A program made the position numbers and the translations under genes. A stretch of DNA of 64,000 nucleotides from Eledone cirrhosa (lineage: Eukaryota), in contig OZ024752.1 in NCBI GenBank assembly GCA_964016885.1, forward strand, positions 3,720,001 to 3,784,000. The letters are read 5' to 3'. The notes under the pieces were generated by a model. The model made no database searches, was not told the DNA's origin, and worked only from the letters and a program-made list of their open reading frames with translations. This document shows, piece by piece, positions 13,774 to 28,370 of the stretch (position 1 is its first letter; every line of letters starts with the position of its first letter).

Positions 13774-14504
13774 AAGGAAAAGCGAAGTAGTTTCAGATGT
13801 TTACCCTAATATATATATATATATATATATACATTATATCACTTATATAATAGTATAATTCAGTGAGAAGCTTAATTTAGATACAGAGGCCAATTTTTAT
13901 TGAATGTTATAAATTGTGCAAAAAATGGTTCTCCAGGCTTGAATGAACAGAACTAAGGAGTGTGTCCATTAATCAAACAGCAGGTATCACTGTATGTATA
14001 TAAGTGTGAGTATGCGTGTGTATGTGTGATTTTGTTTATGTGTGTATGTGATTCTGTGTGTGTTTATGTATAATTGAGATGGAGATGGACTAAGTATCAC
14101 GTTAATATTGGTTAAAAATAATAAGGTCTGATAATTAAATTCATATAACTGTCAACGTAAAAACTGAATGTGGAAAGTTGTGGAGCGTATTAAAAATAAC
14201 CATCAATATCATCATCACGATCTTTGTCCCCATCGTCTGTATCATCATTGTCGTCCTCACCAAGCAATCAATCATCATAAATGTTATTGTTTTATTATCC
14301 CTGGTGGTCGAAATTAATAAGGGTTTGATGATCGTTCAATAATTGGTTACCTCTCTCCCTAAATCACAGTCGTATATCATCCATGTTGAATCTCCCGAAG
14401 TCTGCCTTACTCACGTCAGATACATGCACACTATTGATTACTGTTGCTCTGTAGTTACGGGTTAGATCTTATAATGGGTAACGTTACAGTAGAGTGAATT
14501 ATTC

Positions 14505-14780
14505 CTCTTTTCTTCTCCTTTTCTTCTTTTCTTTTTCTTTTCTTCTTTTCTTTTTCTTTTTTTTTTTTATTCTTCGCCCACGTATTCCCTAGTTGGTCGT
14601 GGGAAACAGAGTCCTCAAACAATCTTTCCAGTAGGTCCTCTCAGAAGCAACCGTCTCCAAATAATCCGGCTGGATCCCCAAGCGTGACCAACCAACCTCA
14701 TGGATGTTATCCAAACATCATGCTCGGTGTCTACCCCTGGGTCTTCTCCCGGCTGGTTTTGCCCGTAAAATCTAACCAGC
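14505..14780 (-). mobile_element. RTE-clade LINE 3' end with (AAG)-rich tail
   Basis: Minus strand reads KPAGRRPRGRHRA*CLDNIHEVGWSRLGIQP...VASERTYWK. Confidence 0.75.
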
Positions 14781-15169
14781 GATTCTTTCCTGAAAAATAA
14801 TCCATTTTCCTTTATTTCACCATAGTCTATATACATCTTCAATATTCAATGCAATGTATTTTACCCATTATATTGAGACGGATGTGGATTAAATAAGATG
14901 CACTTAATTTTTACTGCCGAAATCCCCGCTGTAGAAATTCACTGGCATCTCTTTGATATAGTGAGTGATATTTGTTCCTAATGTTGTTGACGGGAATATA
15001 TTTTAGCCCCTGATCAGCCCCCAGCGACAGTTTTCCAATAATAACTCTCTTTCCATTCTAAAGGAGTGTTGTCGAACGCCTTTCTGCTATGTATTACCAT
15101 ACAGAATTCAACCATTCTACTTAATACACATTGCTTTCATTGCAGACTATTCTTGAAATGCATTCTCAA

Positions 15170-15314
<145 letters not shown>

Positions 15315-18300
15315 AAAGCTTGAAGTATTTTGTTGTTCGTAAAGTTATCTCTGTACAACGTTATCACTAACGCCATCTCAGAAACTAATTATTTCATCTA
15401 GGTAAGAGAGACTTGTTATTAGTAAGTGAACTGGATAGTATATCCCTGAATCGGGATTCAAACATTTCGAATGACTAGTTTCGTAAATTACTGATTAAGA
15501 AAATGTGATGCCTGACATATTTCGAATTTTAATATCATTAAACTTATCATAAATCGCTCTCTGCCAATTGTTTTTACTGAGAGCATTTTATTCAATTCTT
15601 TACAATCTATTATTTTATACCTTAGTGTACAAAGTTGTTACATTTTTAATGTGATTTGCTTTTGTGGCAAATTGTAAAAAACAATTTATTACATTTTATG
15701 TGGGATTTTAGCGCTTGGGTGTTTTTTTTTATTATAATTCATATAACCATGTTAAAATATAATTCTTGTTCTACAGAATCGGCAATAAAAGCAGGTGTAC
15801 TTTCATAGAAAGATTTGTATAGATATGCAGTCCTAAATATCTTGCTATGTAACAATTTTATTAACGTGAATCTTACATAAGTGCTATACTCTCTAATGAA
15901 ATTTCCATGGATATTGTTTTCTTCTCAAGAATAAATTTTAAAATTTAAAACATTCTAAAACGTACATAAATTTTATAAGCATCTGAATGTTTCAGAAAAT
16001 AACTCTAATTGTTGCACCATTAAGAATAATATAACACTTAAAGACCGCTAATTTTATTTATATTTATTTATATATCACATATGTTAACAAATGAAATGTT
16101 TTGCTAAATATTTAAAGAGCCGATTTATTGTTCATAATATCACAGTTTTATGCACAATAAACGTCACCTCACACGTGTATCGTTACAACATTTATATATA
16201 CACTGTTTACACTGATTTGATCGCTCATCGTTATCGCTTAGTGGCTTGACCTCCTTGTATATATATTGAGGTTACAAGTATTTTTGGTGCATTCATAAAC
16301 ACCTTCAAAATTATAATGTGGAAAGTGATATAAGGCTAAACAATGCAAATAGACGGTAAAATCGAGGTAATGAAAAAGTTAGCTGCCTGGTAATCTTGTT
16401 TAGTATTTTTTTTTTTTGCTGTTTGGTTTTCTTTCGTCCTTATATTTCGGGACTTAACATTCTCTTCTTCAGAGTATAAGGAAGAGTACAAGGAACTGTC
16501 AGAGAAAGAATGTTCTGTTTTCTTCCCTTTTGAATTAAATTTTTCACGAACTATGTTTGAATTATGAAACTTTATTTCTCGGAAAGTCTCGTTCTAACAT
16601 CACCACTGAATCTTTGATTCCCTTTAGCAGATGCTATTAGATCTGGTGCACGATCGGAACATAATAACTGAGTAATTGTTTCTTAATGCTTTCCCATTCC
16701 TGCGACGGTTTCGGTGTACTTACAAAAAAAAAAATGTTTTGGTTGTTGCTCCTCATTAAATGAAAAAAGCGTTAAGAAGATAACTATCCTCAATGTATGA
16801 TAAATAAAAATGCTGTTTTGATTTAATTTGATCTGTGATGTCATATTTTCTCATTCTTGAAATTCATTCGTTCTGTGAATATCATCAATTTGTTTCTTAT
16901 CATAGGCAATAGTTACAATATTTGGCACACCCAGAATATTGTTGCAATCAAAAAATCTTTCCATTGCTGAAAAGTATTCGTTTCTTTATAATATTCAACA
17001 TCATAACGAATACATCTGATGATACGATCGTCCGTTTTTGTTTTCATATCTAAAGATCCACTTAATTGAATGTATGCCCCTCCCTTCAAATGTATTTAAA
17101 ATAAAACAAACAGCGAACCCTTCGTGCATCGGTTTTAAAGATATCTAGTTTGTTTTCGTTAAGAGATAAAGACAAGTAGACGAAACAGAGAGACGTGGTT
17201 GTTTGAAAAAGGGGATTTTAAAGAAAAAGATAAATATATTTCACTTTCACTTAAAGGATACGTGGAAGAAGATGGAGTAGAAATACAGTTTAATGCTGGT
17301 TAATGAGAATGTAGGGATCAGACGTAGACAGAGTGCGGAGTGATGAGTAGGGAAAAAATAAACTTAGTTTAACAGCAAATGAATGACAAAAACAGGGGAA
17401 TAGAATAGTATTATAAAAAATGGGTAAAGGAAGAAAAACTAATTTCCCCCATCCACCCGTTTATTGCTGTTATCTTAGACAGAAGCCTTAATCCTTATTG
17501 TCTGTACGAGTGAAGGATAAAGTCTCATTTCTCCTGTTAATGCTTCTGAAATAGAAGAGAGTGGAGAGAAACGAGAATAGTGAAGAGTCTTGAATCAATA
17601 TTTTGTATTAGAATAGTCTAAGGATAATCTTTTATGAGGAAGAACTTGAGAAATTAAGCTTTCTAATGAAGGAAATGAAGAAATAAGCTCTCTAATGAAA
17701 TGTACTGCAGTTCAGTTACCGATTTAGTCTGTGTTTAATAAAGTAAAATACCAGATTATTGCATATATTTTTTCACGGGGAAAAGAATTGTTTTTGTCAA
17801 ATCAATGATCAATGGTTTTTTGTGACATACAGCAATCAATTACGTTTTTTTTGAGTGACACTAATTATTTTTCCTTTATATTTTATTTTTATCGTTCAAC
17901 TATTTCATCTATACTTTTGGAAACCAGGGAAATAAGTTCAAGTATTTTTTTTTTTCTTAAGTGGCTTATACGTTTAATCTTCTACAGTTGCAAAAGTAAA
18001 TACCAGTAATACGTTGCGTTCATACATAGAAATTACAAGGATGAAGAGTGTTATCCTCCTCTACTAATAAAAATAGAATATGATAAAATAATCATTGGAT
18101 TGCTTCAACATCCAGATCTTGATAAGAGAAAATCCGTGGGAATAAAAAAAAACCTACTTAAGAGTTGTTTTTGTTATCATTGTTGTTGTTGCGCCTGTTG
18201 TCGGTTCTCTTACTGTTGTTTATATTTTTATTGGTGATGTGCTTGAGCAACTGCTGTTAGATTTACTTGAATACACTTGAACACACAGACGGCATGACTC

Positions 18301-18612
18301 ACAAATCCTGCACACCAGAAATACCATACTTCAGTCTATTTTAGAATCTCAATGATTATATTGTCATGTTTGTGTTTCGTTTATGTGTTAGGAACGGATG
18401 TACTCGTTTTTGTTTTTTGTCTAGTGTATTGTTGTAGCTGTTTTAATTTGGTTGAGGATCTTCCCTGGTAGAGCAGACCTATGTCTAAAATCATTCCAGC
18501 CTTGCCAATCATGTTGTAGTTTTCGTTTCAAGCATTCTGAACCCCTAAATAAATTAGCGAATACGTATTTTAATAAGATAACAAAAAGTACGTTGAGGCC
18601 CGATAATATATA

Positions 18613-18945
18613 GTAAAGGTAAAGGTAAAGACCCCTTTCGGTCACGAATGACCTCGGGATTTGCACCAAGAAAGTTCCCCTCCGAGGAATAAATCCGGGC
18701 AAGGTTACTTGTGGAAGATCAGTAGTCGCCCATGCATACAGGGCTCCCATCTGCACACCATTAATGTTGTCCAAGGGAAAGGCAAAGCTTGGCCCCAGTG
18801 ACGTCGCAACTCATTTCTACAGCTGAGTACACTGGAGCAACGTGAAAATGAAGTGTCTTGCTCAAGAACATAACACAAACCCGAGAATCGAACTCACAAC
18901 TTCACGATTGTAAGCCCGATGCTCTAACCACTAAACCATGCGCCT
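18613..18945 (-). mobile_element. tRNA-derived CORE-type SINE family B, full length
   Basis: Reverse complement has A box TGGTTTAGTGG, B box GAGTTCGATTC, CORE-like TTCTTGAGCAAGACACTT...GCTCCAGTGTACTCAGCTGTAGAAATGAG and a (TTTACC)n tail. Confidence 0.85.
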
Positions 18946-20624
18946 TCACATATAATGTATAGTACCAGTAACATTTTCGGGTCGATTTACCCACGTGAGA
19001 GTTTATTCTTATGTCACATATCAATATCTTAATTACTAAATAGGATGTTATTCCTACCTTATTCAGTTATCGATTTTTATATTTAGCAATAAGCCACACA
19101 TGTCTAGTTCGGATGCGGTGCTCCTGTTGGGGACGCTGGAATAATAACAGACTAGAAACTCCTTATGGGAATTTGAATTCAGAATGGAAAATGAGTGTAG
19201 TTAAATCACTTGTCATGTTATGCACGGCTTTAGTCTATCTTCCCTCATGTGGTGCAATCATTGTCAGTACTTCTGTAACAGAAATATGAAGCCGTCACCA
19301 GGAGCACCTGTATAAGGAATACGAGACAACAACATATTCTACAAGAAATAGACGCCTATTATATCACTAATCCCACCATTTTCTTTAAGAAAAGGAATGA
19401 CACATAGATGAAATAGTTCAAGATACACAGCCCTGAATAGTCTAATTCAGGATGGACAATGCTAGAGAATATTCAATGATAGGTCTGCTGTATATGGTCT
19501 GAGCTGCGAGCAAACAATGAAAACAAGAAATCTATTTTTTTTTATGTTCCAAGATGCTAGTATCACTCTTAGTGTTATTCAAGATTCTTACAGACTCCTT
19601 ACACATTATATTGCAGGATACCTAATCAACTGGCCCAGCAATCATAACAGAATATTACAATCAATGCGAAATCTAAGACCAGAGTGGTGTGACATCAAAG
19701 CTAACTTCATAACTATTTAGTTTGCAAGCAAGATGCCATTTACAAATAGAAGAATGCGGCCTTCTTTGAATCTAGCTATTTGAAAAAGAAACATGAATAG
19801 CCAAGTGGTTAAAGACACGCACTACTGATCTATTACAGAATTCTGATATTGTTTACGTTATCTAGCTATAATTAAGACACCGATTGTCGATGAATGTAAC
19901 TTTCTTGTTATTCTTTAAGCTTAGGTCAACGTTGATTGAGATATAACAAGTACACGGGGAATTTATGTGACGTCAGGTAAAAGTATGGTGCTTCTCATAG
20001 CACGAAAGTCTGTGAAATGGCAAAGGAAATAAGAAAAGGAAGAGAAAAAAAGCAAGAAAACGAAAGTAAAATGTCGTGTTAAAATGTAAGCCATTTAAAT
20101 TTAGGTGGGAGAAGATATAACACGCTCGTCACAGATTATTAATGATTAAGTTAGGAAAATATCAACTGACACTCGGATTTCAAAGCTTTGTCACACAGGT
20201 AATTGCGCCCCTTTTCGTTAGACGATCCCACATTCTTCAGCCGCATGTTTTCTTTGTTTCAAAAAAAGTCAACTTCTTCCTCGCCCTATTCTTGATGAAT
20301 TCGTAAAACAAATTACTGTCTTTAATGAAATGTATTCTGAAATCCTTAAAGCTATCTCAAGTCTAGATGGTCTTTTCATTCACACAATGTATGGAATGCT
20401 ATTAACGCTTTTCATACATTTTTTTTTTTAAATTCATGTTTACAAAAACTATTCTTTTTTTGTGGCGGCCATTGCCTTATTTTAACTGCTTAAAGCTTGA
20501 AGTTCTGCTTGGTCGAATAAGTTTTTCATTGTCAACTCTTTTTATTTCGGGTATTTTCTTCTGTTATTTTTGCGTTTGAGTATATTGTTGTGTGTGCGTA
20601 TGTGTAATTAAGACTTGTTCTAGG

Positions 20625-20830
20625 ATGTTAGGTCGGCAGAATCATTACAGCGTCCGGTAAATATGTTTGTCATTTACGGCCCTTTTACTTCCTGCGTTCA
20701 AATCCTTTTAACTTTACCTTCGACCTTCCGGGGTCGATAAAATAAAGTACTAATCAAGTATTAGGTTCCCTTTAAATGAACGTTCACCTCCCAAACATTA
20801 TTGGGTTTTTCCTGCATTAGAGCCCGTTAG
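20625..20830 (+). mobile_element. SINE family A, old copy
   Basis: GCGTTCAAATCC...ACCTTCCGGGGTCGATAAAATAAAGTAC. Confidence 0.7.
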
Positions 20831-20959
20831 TGAGGCTAATACTGCCACTGCTAGTGAAAATACTTCTTCCTAATAAATCTGAGGTCATTTATAACCTAAG
20901 TAACAATTGAAATGTCTGTATAAATAGTTAATCTGTCTAAGGTGAATGTATATCCAATA

Positions 20960-21240
20960 TATAACTCGGCTAAAATTACATTCTCCTCCAAGCTCTCTCA
21001 GAATCATCGGTACAGAGTTGGCTACCAGCTGGTGCTCGCCTCGCAAGCTGGAATAACTCTTCCAGCGCGTCTCCCTCACCATTCTCTGGGGAAACGCCTT
21101 CTGTATTCTGTCCGCCGGGGCCGCGGGGTGGCCAGCGCGTGGGATCAATTTGCTCATAATAGTGAGATATGGGGATAGCGGAAGAGGCGGAGGCATTGAC
21201 AGTGCGAGATTCGTTTGTTGGTTTTCGGACCTGGTGTATA
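20960..21240 (+). mobile_element. CRE-clade (restriction-like endonuclease) non-LTR retrotransposon 3' end
   Basis: A frame missing from the ORF track reads LRIIGTELATSWCSPRKLE*LFQRVSLTILWGNAFCILSA, matching the CRE-type C-terminal motif LFQRISLAIQRGNA. GC/CpG-rich island ending in TA-rich sequence. Confidence 0.7.
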
Positions 21241-21359
21241 TCTATATATTTATTTACCCCACTGCATGTAACATACAATTGTTTCAACATGGAATTCTAC
21301 ATTCCCACACAATAATGCTGTATACTCCTCGAAGTATCACCTACTTTTGGTACATATCA

Positions 21360-21552
21360 AATAATTGTTTCTTCTTTTGGCACAAGGCCAGCAATTACCC
21401 AGTACATTACTGGTACTTTATTTTATCGACCCCGTAAGGATGAAAGGCAAAGTTAACCACGGCGGGATTTGAACTCAGAATGGCAAGGGCCGTAACTCTA
21501 TACGTCAAAGCATGGTGTTTGACCCTCTACCGATACTGCCAATCCCCCGCCC
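21360..21552 (-). mobile_element. SINE family A, full length
   Basis: Reverse complement has GGCGGGGGATTGGCAGTATCGGTAGAG (A box), GAGTTCAAATCCC (B box), the body and an (ATT) tail. Confidence 0.9.
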
Positions 21553-21568
21553 TAATATATATACATTA

Positions 21569-21647
21569 TAGTTACGTCCCTTTATGGTCTGAGTTCAAAT
21601 CCCGCCGAGGTTAACTTTGCCTTTCATCCTTACGGGGTCGATAAAAT
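21569..21647 (+). mobile_element. SINE family A fragment, inverted relative to its neighbour
   Basis: CTGAGTTCAAATCCCGCCGAGGTTAACTTTGCCTTTCATCCTTACGGGGTCGATAAAAT. Confidence 0.85.
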
Positions 21648-22137
21648 ATGATGATGATGATTAAAGACAGATGTGTAGGAGGGGATTAAGTGTTTATGTG
21701 TGCGTGTGTATATCGGTTGTGACTTCGAAATACTATTTTATGATCACATGGATAACTGCTCCGTGTTAGACAGTAAAATTGTAGCTTAGTCTCCGTTTTG
21801 TCCATTCCTAAATGTATTTCTCACAATAAATCACGGAAACTCTTTTAGACAGATCTGTTTGAGATACATGCAGAGCAATGAAACCGTACAGCACACATTC
21901 GTCCAATGTCCGAGCATTGATCACTTGGTGATGTTCCCATCTCAAGGAGAATTCTGTTGTTTTAATTTTATTGTTATTCTGTTACCAGTTTTATTTGTGT
22001 ACACGTTATATATCATGTAAATCTCCACTGCCCTTGTCCATTTGTATTGTCCTTTGTGTTTCGGCCCATGTGACCAATAAAGGAAAAAATATTGCTATCG
22101 TTGTTGTTATTATTATTATTGTTCGAATACCATACTT

Positions 22138-22475
22138 CATAGCATGGAGGTACGGCCCTTTACATTCTCAGTTCAAATCCCACCAAGGTTAGCTTTCCCT
22201 TTCATCTCTACGGGGTCGATAAAATAAAGCACCAGTGACGCACTGGGGTCGATTTAATCGACTTTTCCCATCCCTTTCAAATTGCTGGCCTTGTGCCTAA
22301 AGTAGAAACAATTATTATTATTAGTATAGAGTTACGGCCCTTGCCATTCTAAGTTCAAATCCCGCCGAGGTTAATTTTGTCTTTCATCCTTACGGGGTCG
22401 ATAAAATAAAGTACCAGTAATGTACTGGGTAATTTTGGCCTTGGGCCAATAGTAGAAACAATTATTAGTATTATT
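22138..22475 (+). mobile_element. Two tandem SINE family A copies
   Basis: Copies at ~22138-22322 and ~22325-22475, each with a B box, body and (ATT)n tail. Confidence 0.85.
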
Positions 22476-24898
22476 ATTATCATTTAAGTAATAAATGAAT
22501 AAATAAATAAACGTGTAAATAAATAAATGTTAAAGATGAATATTTATAAACGCAACAAAATGCTATAATGGGTTGCGTAGCGGAGTATGCTCGTTTCCCG
22601 ATTTGCCGAGAGTAAGGAATACTGATTAAAACATACGAAATAACGAAAAAAGAAAACTAAAAAGTTTCTCGTAATACAATCGAAACAATATCAGTAAAAA
22701 TGATATGTATAAAGTAAGAAATAAAAACGTATATAAAATGGAATGTATCAACAACATGAAATGAAGGGGGCTAAATTGGCGATTTTAGCAAATCTATAAG
22801 GATTAGTTCAAATTGAAATCTTATCTACAACTCATAGCCCAACAGAGTTTTTTTTCTCTTCACAAAGGACACCTAATTATGACTGTGCTGCAATTTCCAT
22901 ATTAAGCCTTGTCTGATTTTATGGCTTACCATAAAAATTAATTTCAATCAATCTCTTTCCTCCCACCCCCCTTTCCCTGTACACTTCCAATCAATTCTAT
23001 TGTTATCCTGGGCCTGTCCGACCACCACCACCTCCACCACTACTGCTATAACTACTACTACTAATACTAATAATACTAATAATATCCTCCTTCTAACTAC
23101 CGTTCTGCAGCCACACTGCTCGCTTCCTTGACAAATGGAACCTAGGAGAATAGCAATAAAAAAGCTAACTGACGCGTTATTATTGCTGTTGTTGTTGTTC
23201 CTTTGTCTGCTTCCAATTTTATTCTCTTTCCTCCTACTACCTCTAAACTCTTGCCACCTCCTCCTCGTCAAAGTTCAAAGATTGCTTTTAATGTAACCTT
23301 TACTTGAAGTGTGTTGCTTAGGGGAAATCTTAACATCTATATGCAAATATATTTGTTCATTAATTGCTATCAGTTATTGTAGTTTTCCTTGTTGTTATTA
23401 AAACTCTTTTATCATTACTAATTCATCTCCTCTACTATTTTGTCTCTATTTTTCTTTTGCTTCGTTTTATTTCATTTGTTGTTTATATTTTTATATCCTC
23501 CTGAACCTGAAAGTGAATTCACATGACTGAAGATTTGCATTGAATTTCTCCTGATGAAAACATATTGTCTGTAGTTGAAAAAAATGGATCGTGTACCATA
23601 CGAATGTTTTTTTTTGGGGGGGGGCATACGAAGCTAAATTCAAGAATTTTTTTTTAATATATATAACAACTGATTGCTAATATTTGCTGCCTATCAATTA
23701 GAGTATTGAAAAAAAAATGTTACAAAATGTCTGCGGCTATTTGTACAACCCATATCCTGAAGAATGTCAACTCAAATTTTCCGTCTATCGTTGCATCCTA
23801 CCTAGATTAGCTTCAATAATGCTAATTGTCATATAAGTATAACAAAAAAAAAAAAATGAAATAGCATAACATAGGATGGCATAAATACGTTTTTTTCGTC
23901 ATCTTTTTTTTTTTAATGTTACTTCTGGTCAGGCCTAGTTGAAAAGAACGGTTTTCAAAAAGACGTTTACCGTGATTATCGCATCTTTATTTTGAGGCAA
24001 ACATTTGAGTATAAGTGTTTGATTAAAGATATTAATTCTACTCGTTCAGCTGCATTAGGTGTTAGCTAGGGCAAAGTATCATCAAAGATTGACCGGTAGA
24101 ATTTCATAGAGGAAAAGTCTGCCGAAGCTCATCAGTTTTGCACAAGTATGCCAAATGGCTCAATTTCTACATAATCACGATAGCTCAGTACAGCAGTACC
24201 TGCTGTGAGAAAGGTTCCACTTTCTACACAGTCATGATGGCTACGTACAGCAGTACTTGCGCTGAGAAAGGTTCCACATTCGCTACATATAACTCGATCG
24301 GGAAAGTCCACCAAATATTTTCCACTTTAAGCTGAACATCAGCAATCTCAAAGTTTTTCATTTAATTCTGAGTCCAGATTCTGGAATGGTATTTTTCTGT
24401 GACATATTAAAATAAAACAAAATATTTTAATAGTTTATGTAAGATACTCAGATAAATGAATACCAGCTATAAACTGAATTAATTTCAATCGAGCATTCAC
24501 TTATCCATGAATTTCGCATTTTATATCATACTAATAATAGAAATCCTTATTTCAATATCTGTGAGCGTTAGTTTTCCATTGTCAAGCACACTTCACTAAA
24601 GTTGAACATCTCTGTTGCACATTCCATTTCTTTCTCATACAACATATGCCATGTTTCTCTCAGTAACATTAGATCAATTTCTTCCTGGAAACATACACCA
24701 ACTGCGTCCTTCCAGACGTGTATGCTGTCAGAAAACTAAATATCTTGAAACATAATATAGATTTAGAGAAGTTAGATTTCCATACAGGATACAATCTGTT
24801 TGACATTCAGATAATTTAATGTCACTTCTCTATGCTTGTACGAAGTCTTTTCTTCTTTATATTTTTTATATTTTACATTGTGTGTAAGTTTGTGTAAC

Positions 24899-26250
<1,352 letters not shown>

Positions 26251-26789
26251 GCACGTGCCAATATGTCCTGGGAACATATTGCAAGACAAGACATGTCAAC
26301 AGGTATTTACTCCTTTGTCATGTGATGGCCATCCATCTATATTATTTGGTATAATCATTATTTTGTCAACAAGTTTATAATAACACATGAATTACTGCAA
26401 TTATAAGGTTGAATGATGTCTGAATTTGCATTCAACTGTTGAAACCGGATGATAGTCTGTCAGTGAAATTAGAAATTGCTGATGTGGCAAGCATGGTAAT
26501 AGACAGTCCATCAAACGTTAGGCTCGGTCAAAATCTGTCATCACTAATTGCCGCTATATTTCATATATCAGCTATCCTATCACGTGTAGAGGGCGTGTGG
26601 TGTAAGAATGGGGGATATTTTTCAAGTGTCTATCCATATTTGAGTAGTAGTAGTAGGCTTTCGGATAACTGTTATCTTTCAAACAATGAAATAGACCGAA
26701 CATAACTATGCATTAGAATATGGATGAACACTCATGTTGCCAGGTTGTTTATTTCGATATGCATTGAAAACCTAAGAATTTATAAATCC

Positions 26790-26951
26790 AGTGCAAATGG
26801 CTTCCAATACGCATAGTTACGTCCCTTACGATCTGAGTTCAAATCCTGCCGAGGTTGACTTTGCCTTTCATCCTTACGGGGTCGATGAAATAAAGTACCA
26901 GTAATGCACAGGGTAATTGCTGGCTTTATGCCTAAAGTAGAAACAATTATA
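26790..26951 (+). mobile_element. SINE family A
   Basis: GATCTGAGTTCAAATCCTGCCGAGGTTGACTTTGCC...AAAGTAGAAACAATTAT. Confidence 0.85.
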
Positions 26952-27187
26952 TAATCAACATCACCAGTGACATTATCGTTGAGTCCGCATGGATTTTCCT
27001 GTCTATACAAATGATCACATCATCTTGTTACAGTTATTTGTCATCTAACACGTGAAGCATTACATTTTAAGAAACTGTTGTACTATGTTTTCTTTACTAC
27101 TCCTTTCTCATGGTCAATTCCCGAATTCCTTGGGCTATCAGTTCTACAAACAGGGTATAGAATACAGAGTGACCTATTAACATATGT

Positions 27188-27450
27188 GGAGACACGTGGC
27201 TTAGTAGTAAGTGTGTTAGACTTACGATCATATCATTGTGGGTCCAATTACTGGAGTAGGGTTATGTGTTGTTGTGTTCTTGAAACTTCATTTCACATTA
27301 TTCCAGTATACTCAGATGAACATGAGTACCAGCTGTTGCTGGGGTTTAACCCAACGATGGAATTGCGTTTTGTTCAGGGAGGAAGTATTTTTACTCTTAG
27401 TCGCATAATTCTATGAAAAACTGGAATAAGCACCGGTTTGGTAAGCCTCA
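27188..27450 (+). mobile_element. CORE-type SINE, old copy
   Basis: GGAGACACGTGGCTTAGTAGTAAGTGTG head followed by TGTGTTCTTGAAAC..TTTCACATTATTCCAGTATACTCAG. Confidence 0.6.
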
Positions 27451-27459
27451 GGGCTAGAG

Positions 27460-28075
27460 ACGGACTCTTTTAGACTGCTAACGTCGAGTGTATTTCGCAA
27501 CTGGAAGATGAGAGTAAATGGATTGACGAAGATAAATGGATCTACTCTGACAATACATTTCCAAAATCGAGGAATGAAACTACATGCCAGAATCCACCAG
27601 ATGTTAATGTTGGGTGGAATATTGGTAATATTTATTCTCTGTGTTCTTTTTACCATGTATGTTGGGAAAAAGGTGTGTGTGGCAGAGGTGACCGGGTCAC
27701 TGAGTATTTTTTCGCAAGGGCCTCACTTTTGAAGAGCACCGAAATGCTTCCATATAGTTTAGCCCTTTGTATGCATTGTATTTCCGGCATTGCCTCTTTC
27801 AAGACGATTTCAATTTCGCCTTGAGTAAGGAAAGCCGTTTTTTTTTTTTGTTTGTTCAAAATAGTGCGAAAAACCACAGTCCTTCGCATTGTGTCGGCTT
27901 TGATTTGTGGCAGAGGGGTGATTTTAAATCCCCCTTTTTCCTCGAAGGTAATATATTTTTTTCCTTCATTGATCATTTCCTTCGCATTGGAAATATCAAT
28001 ATTTGTAAAATTTCCTTTGCTTACTGTCGCAAAAGATTGTTTATGGTTGCTGTTGTTGTTGTCATTGTTAACAGA
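27460..28075 (-). mobile_element. Tx1/L1-clade LINE ORF1 fragment (RRM-like), frameshifted
   Basis: RRTVVFRT...IQCIQRAKLYGSISVLFKSEALAKKYS...FFPTYMVKRTQRINITNIPPNINIWWILAC. Confidence 0.6.
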
Positions 28076-28370
28076 TAGATAGATATATAGGTATTGTGTA
28101 GTTAGATAGATATATAGGTATTGTGTAGTTAGATAGATATATAGATAGGTATTGTGTAGTTAGATAGATATATAGATAGGTATTGTGTAGTTAGATAGAT
28201 ATATAGATAGGTATTGTGTAGTTAGATAGATAGATATATAGGTATTGTGTAGTTAGATAGATACATAGATAGGTATGTACATAGATATGTAGGTATGTAA
28301 GTAGATAGGCAGATATATATATAGAGAGAGATAGGTAGGTATATAGCTATATAGGTATTATGTAGGTTGA
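28072..28370. repeat. Minisatellite, 27-31-bp unit (AGATAGATATATAG[ATAG]GTATTGTGTAGTT), about 6 copies then decaying
   Basis: Seen directly. Confidence 0.9.

Noticed and set aside
16430-16478. Reverse complement CTGAAGA-agagaatgttaagtccc-GAAA-TATA
   Set aside because: Stems are too degenerate to call.
21360-21552. tRNA gene
   Set aside because: The A/B boxes belong to a SINE head, with an expanded spacer and no cloverleaf.
24095-24150. GGAAAAGTCTG...GAAGCTCATCAGT resembling RNase P RNA, a minus-strand CTGATGA core, or a mariner HTH (KSAEAHQ)
   Set aside because: Motif order is wrong for RNase P, no GAAA follows the stem, and the peptide match is too short.
28072-28370. Regularly spaced repeats suggestive of a CRISPR array
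   Set aside because: No unique spacers; this is a eukaryotic minisatellite.
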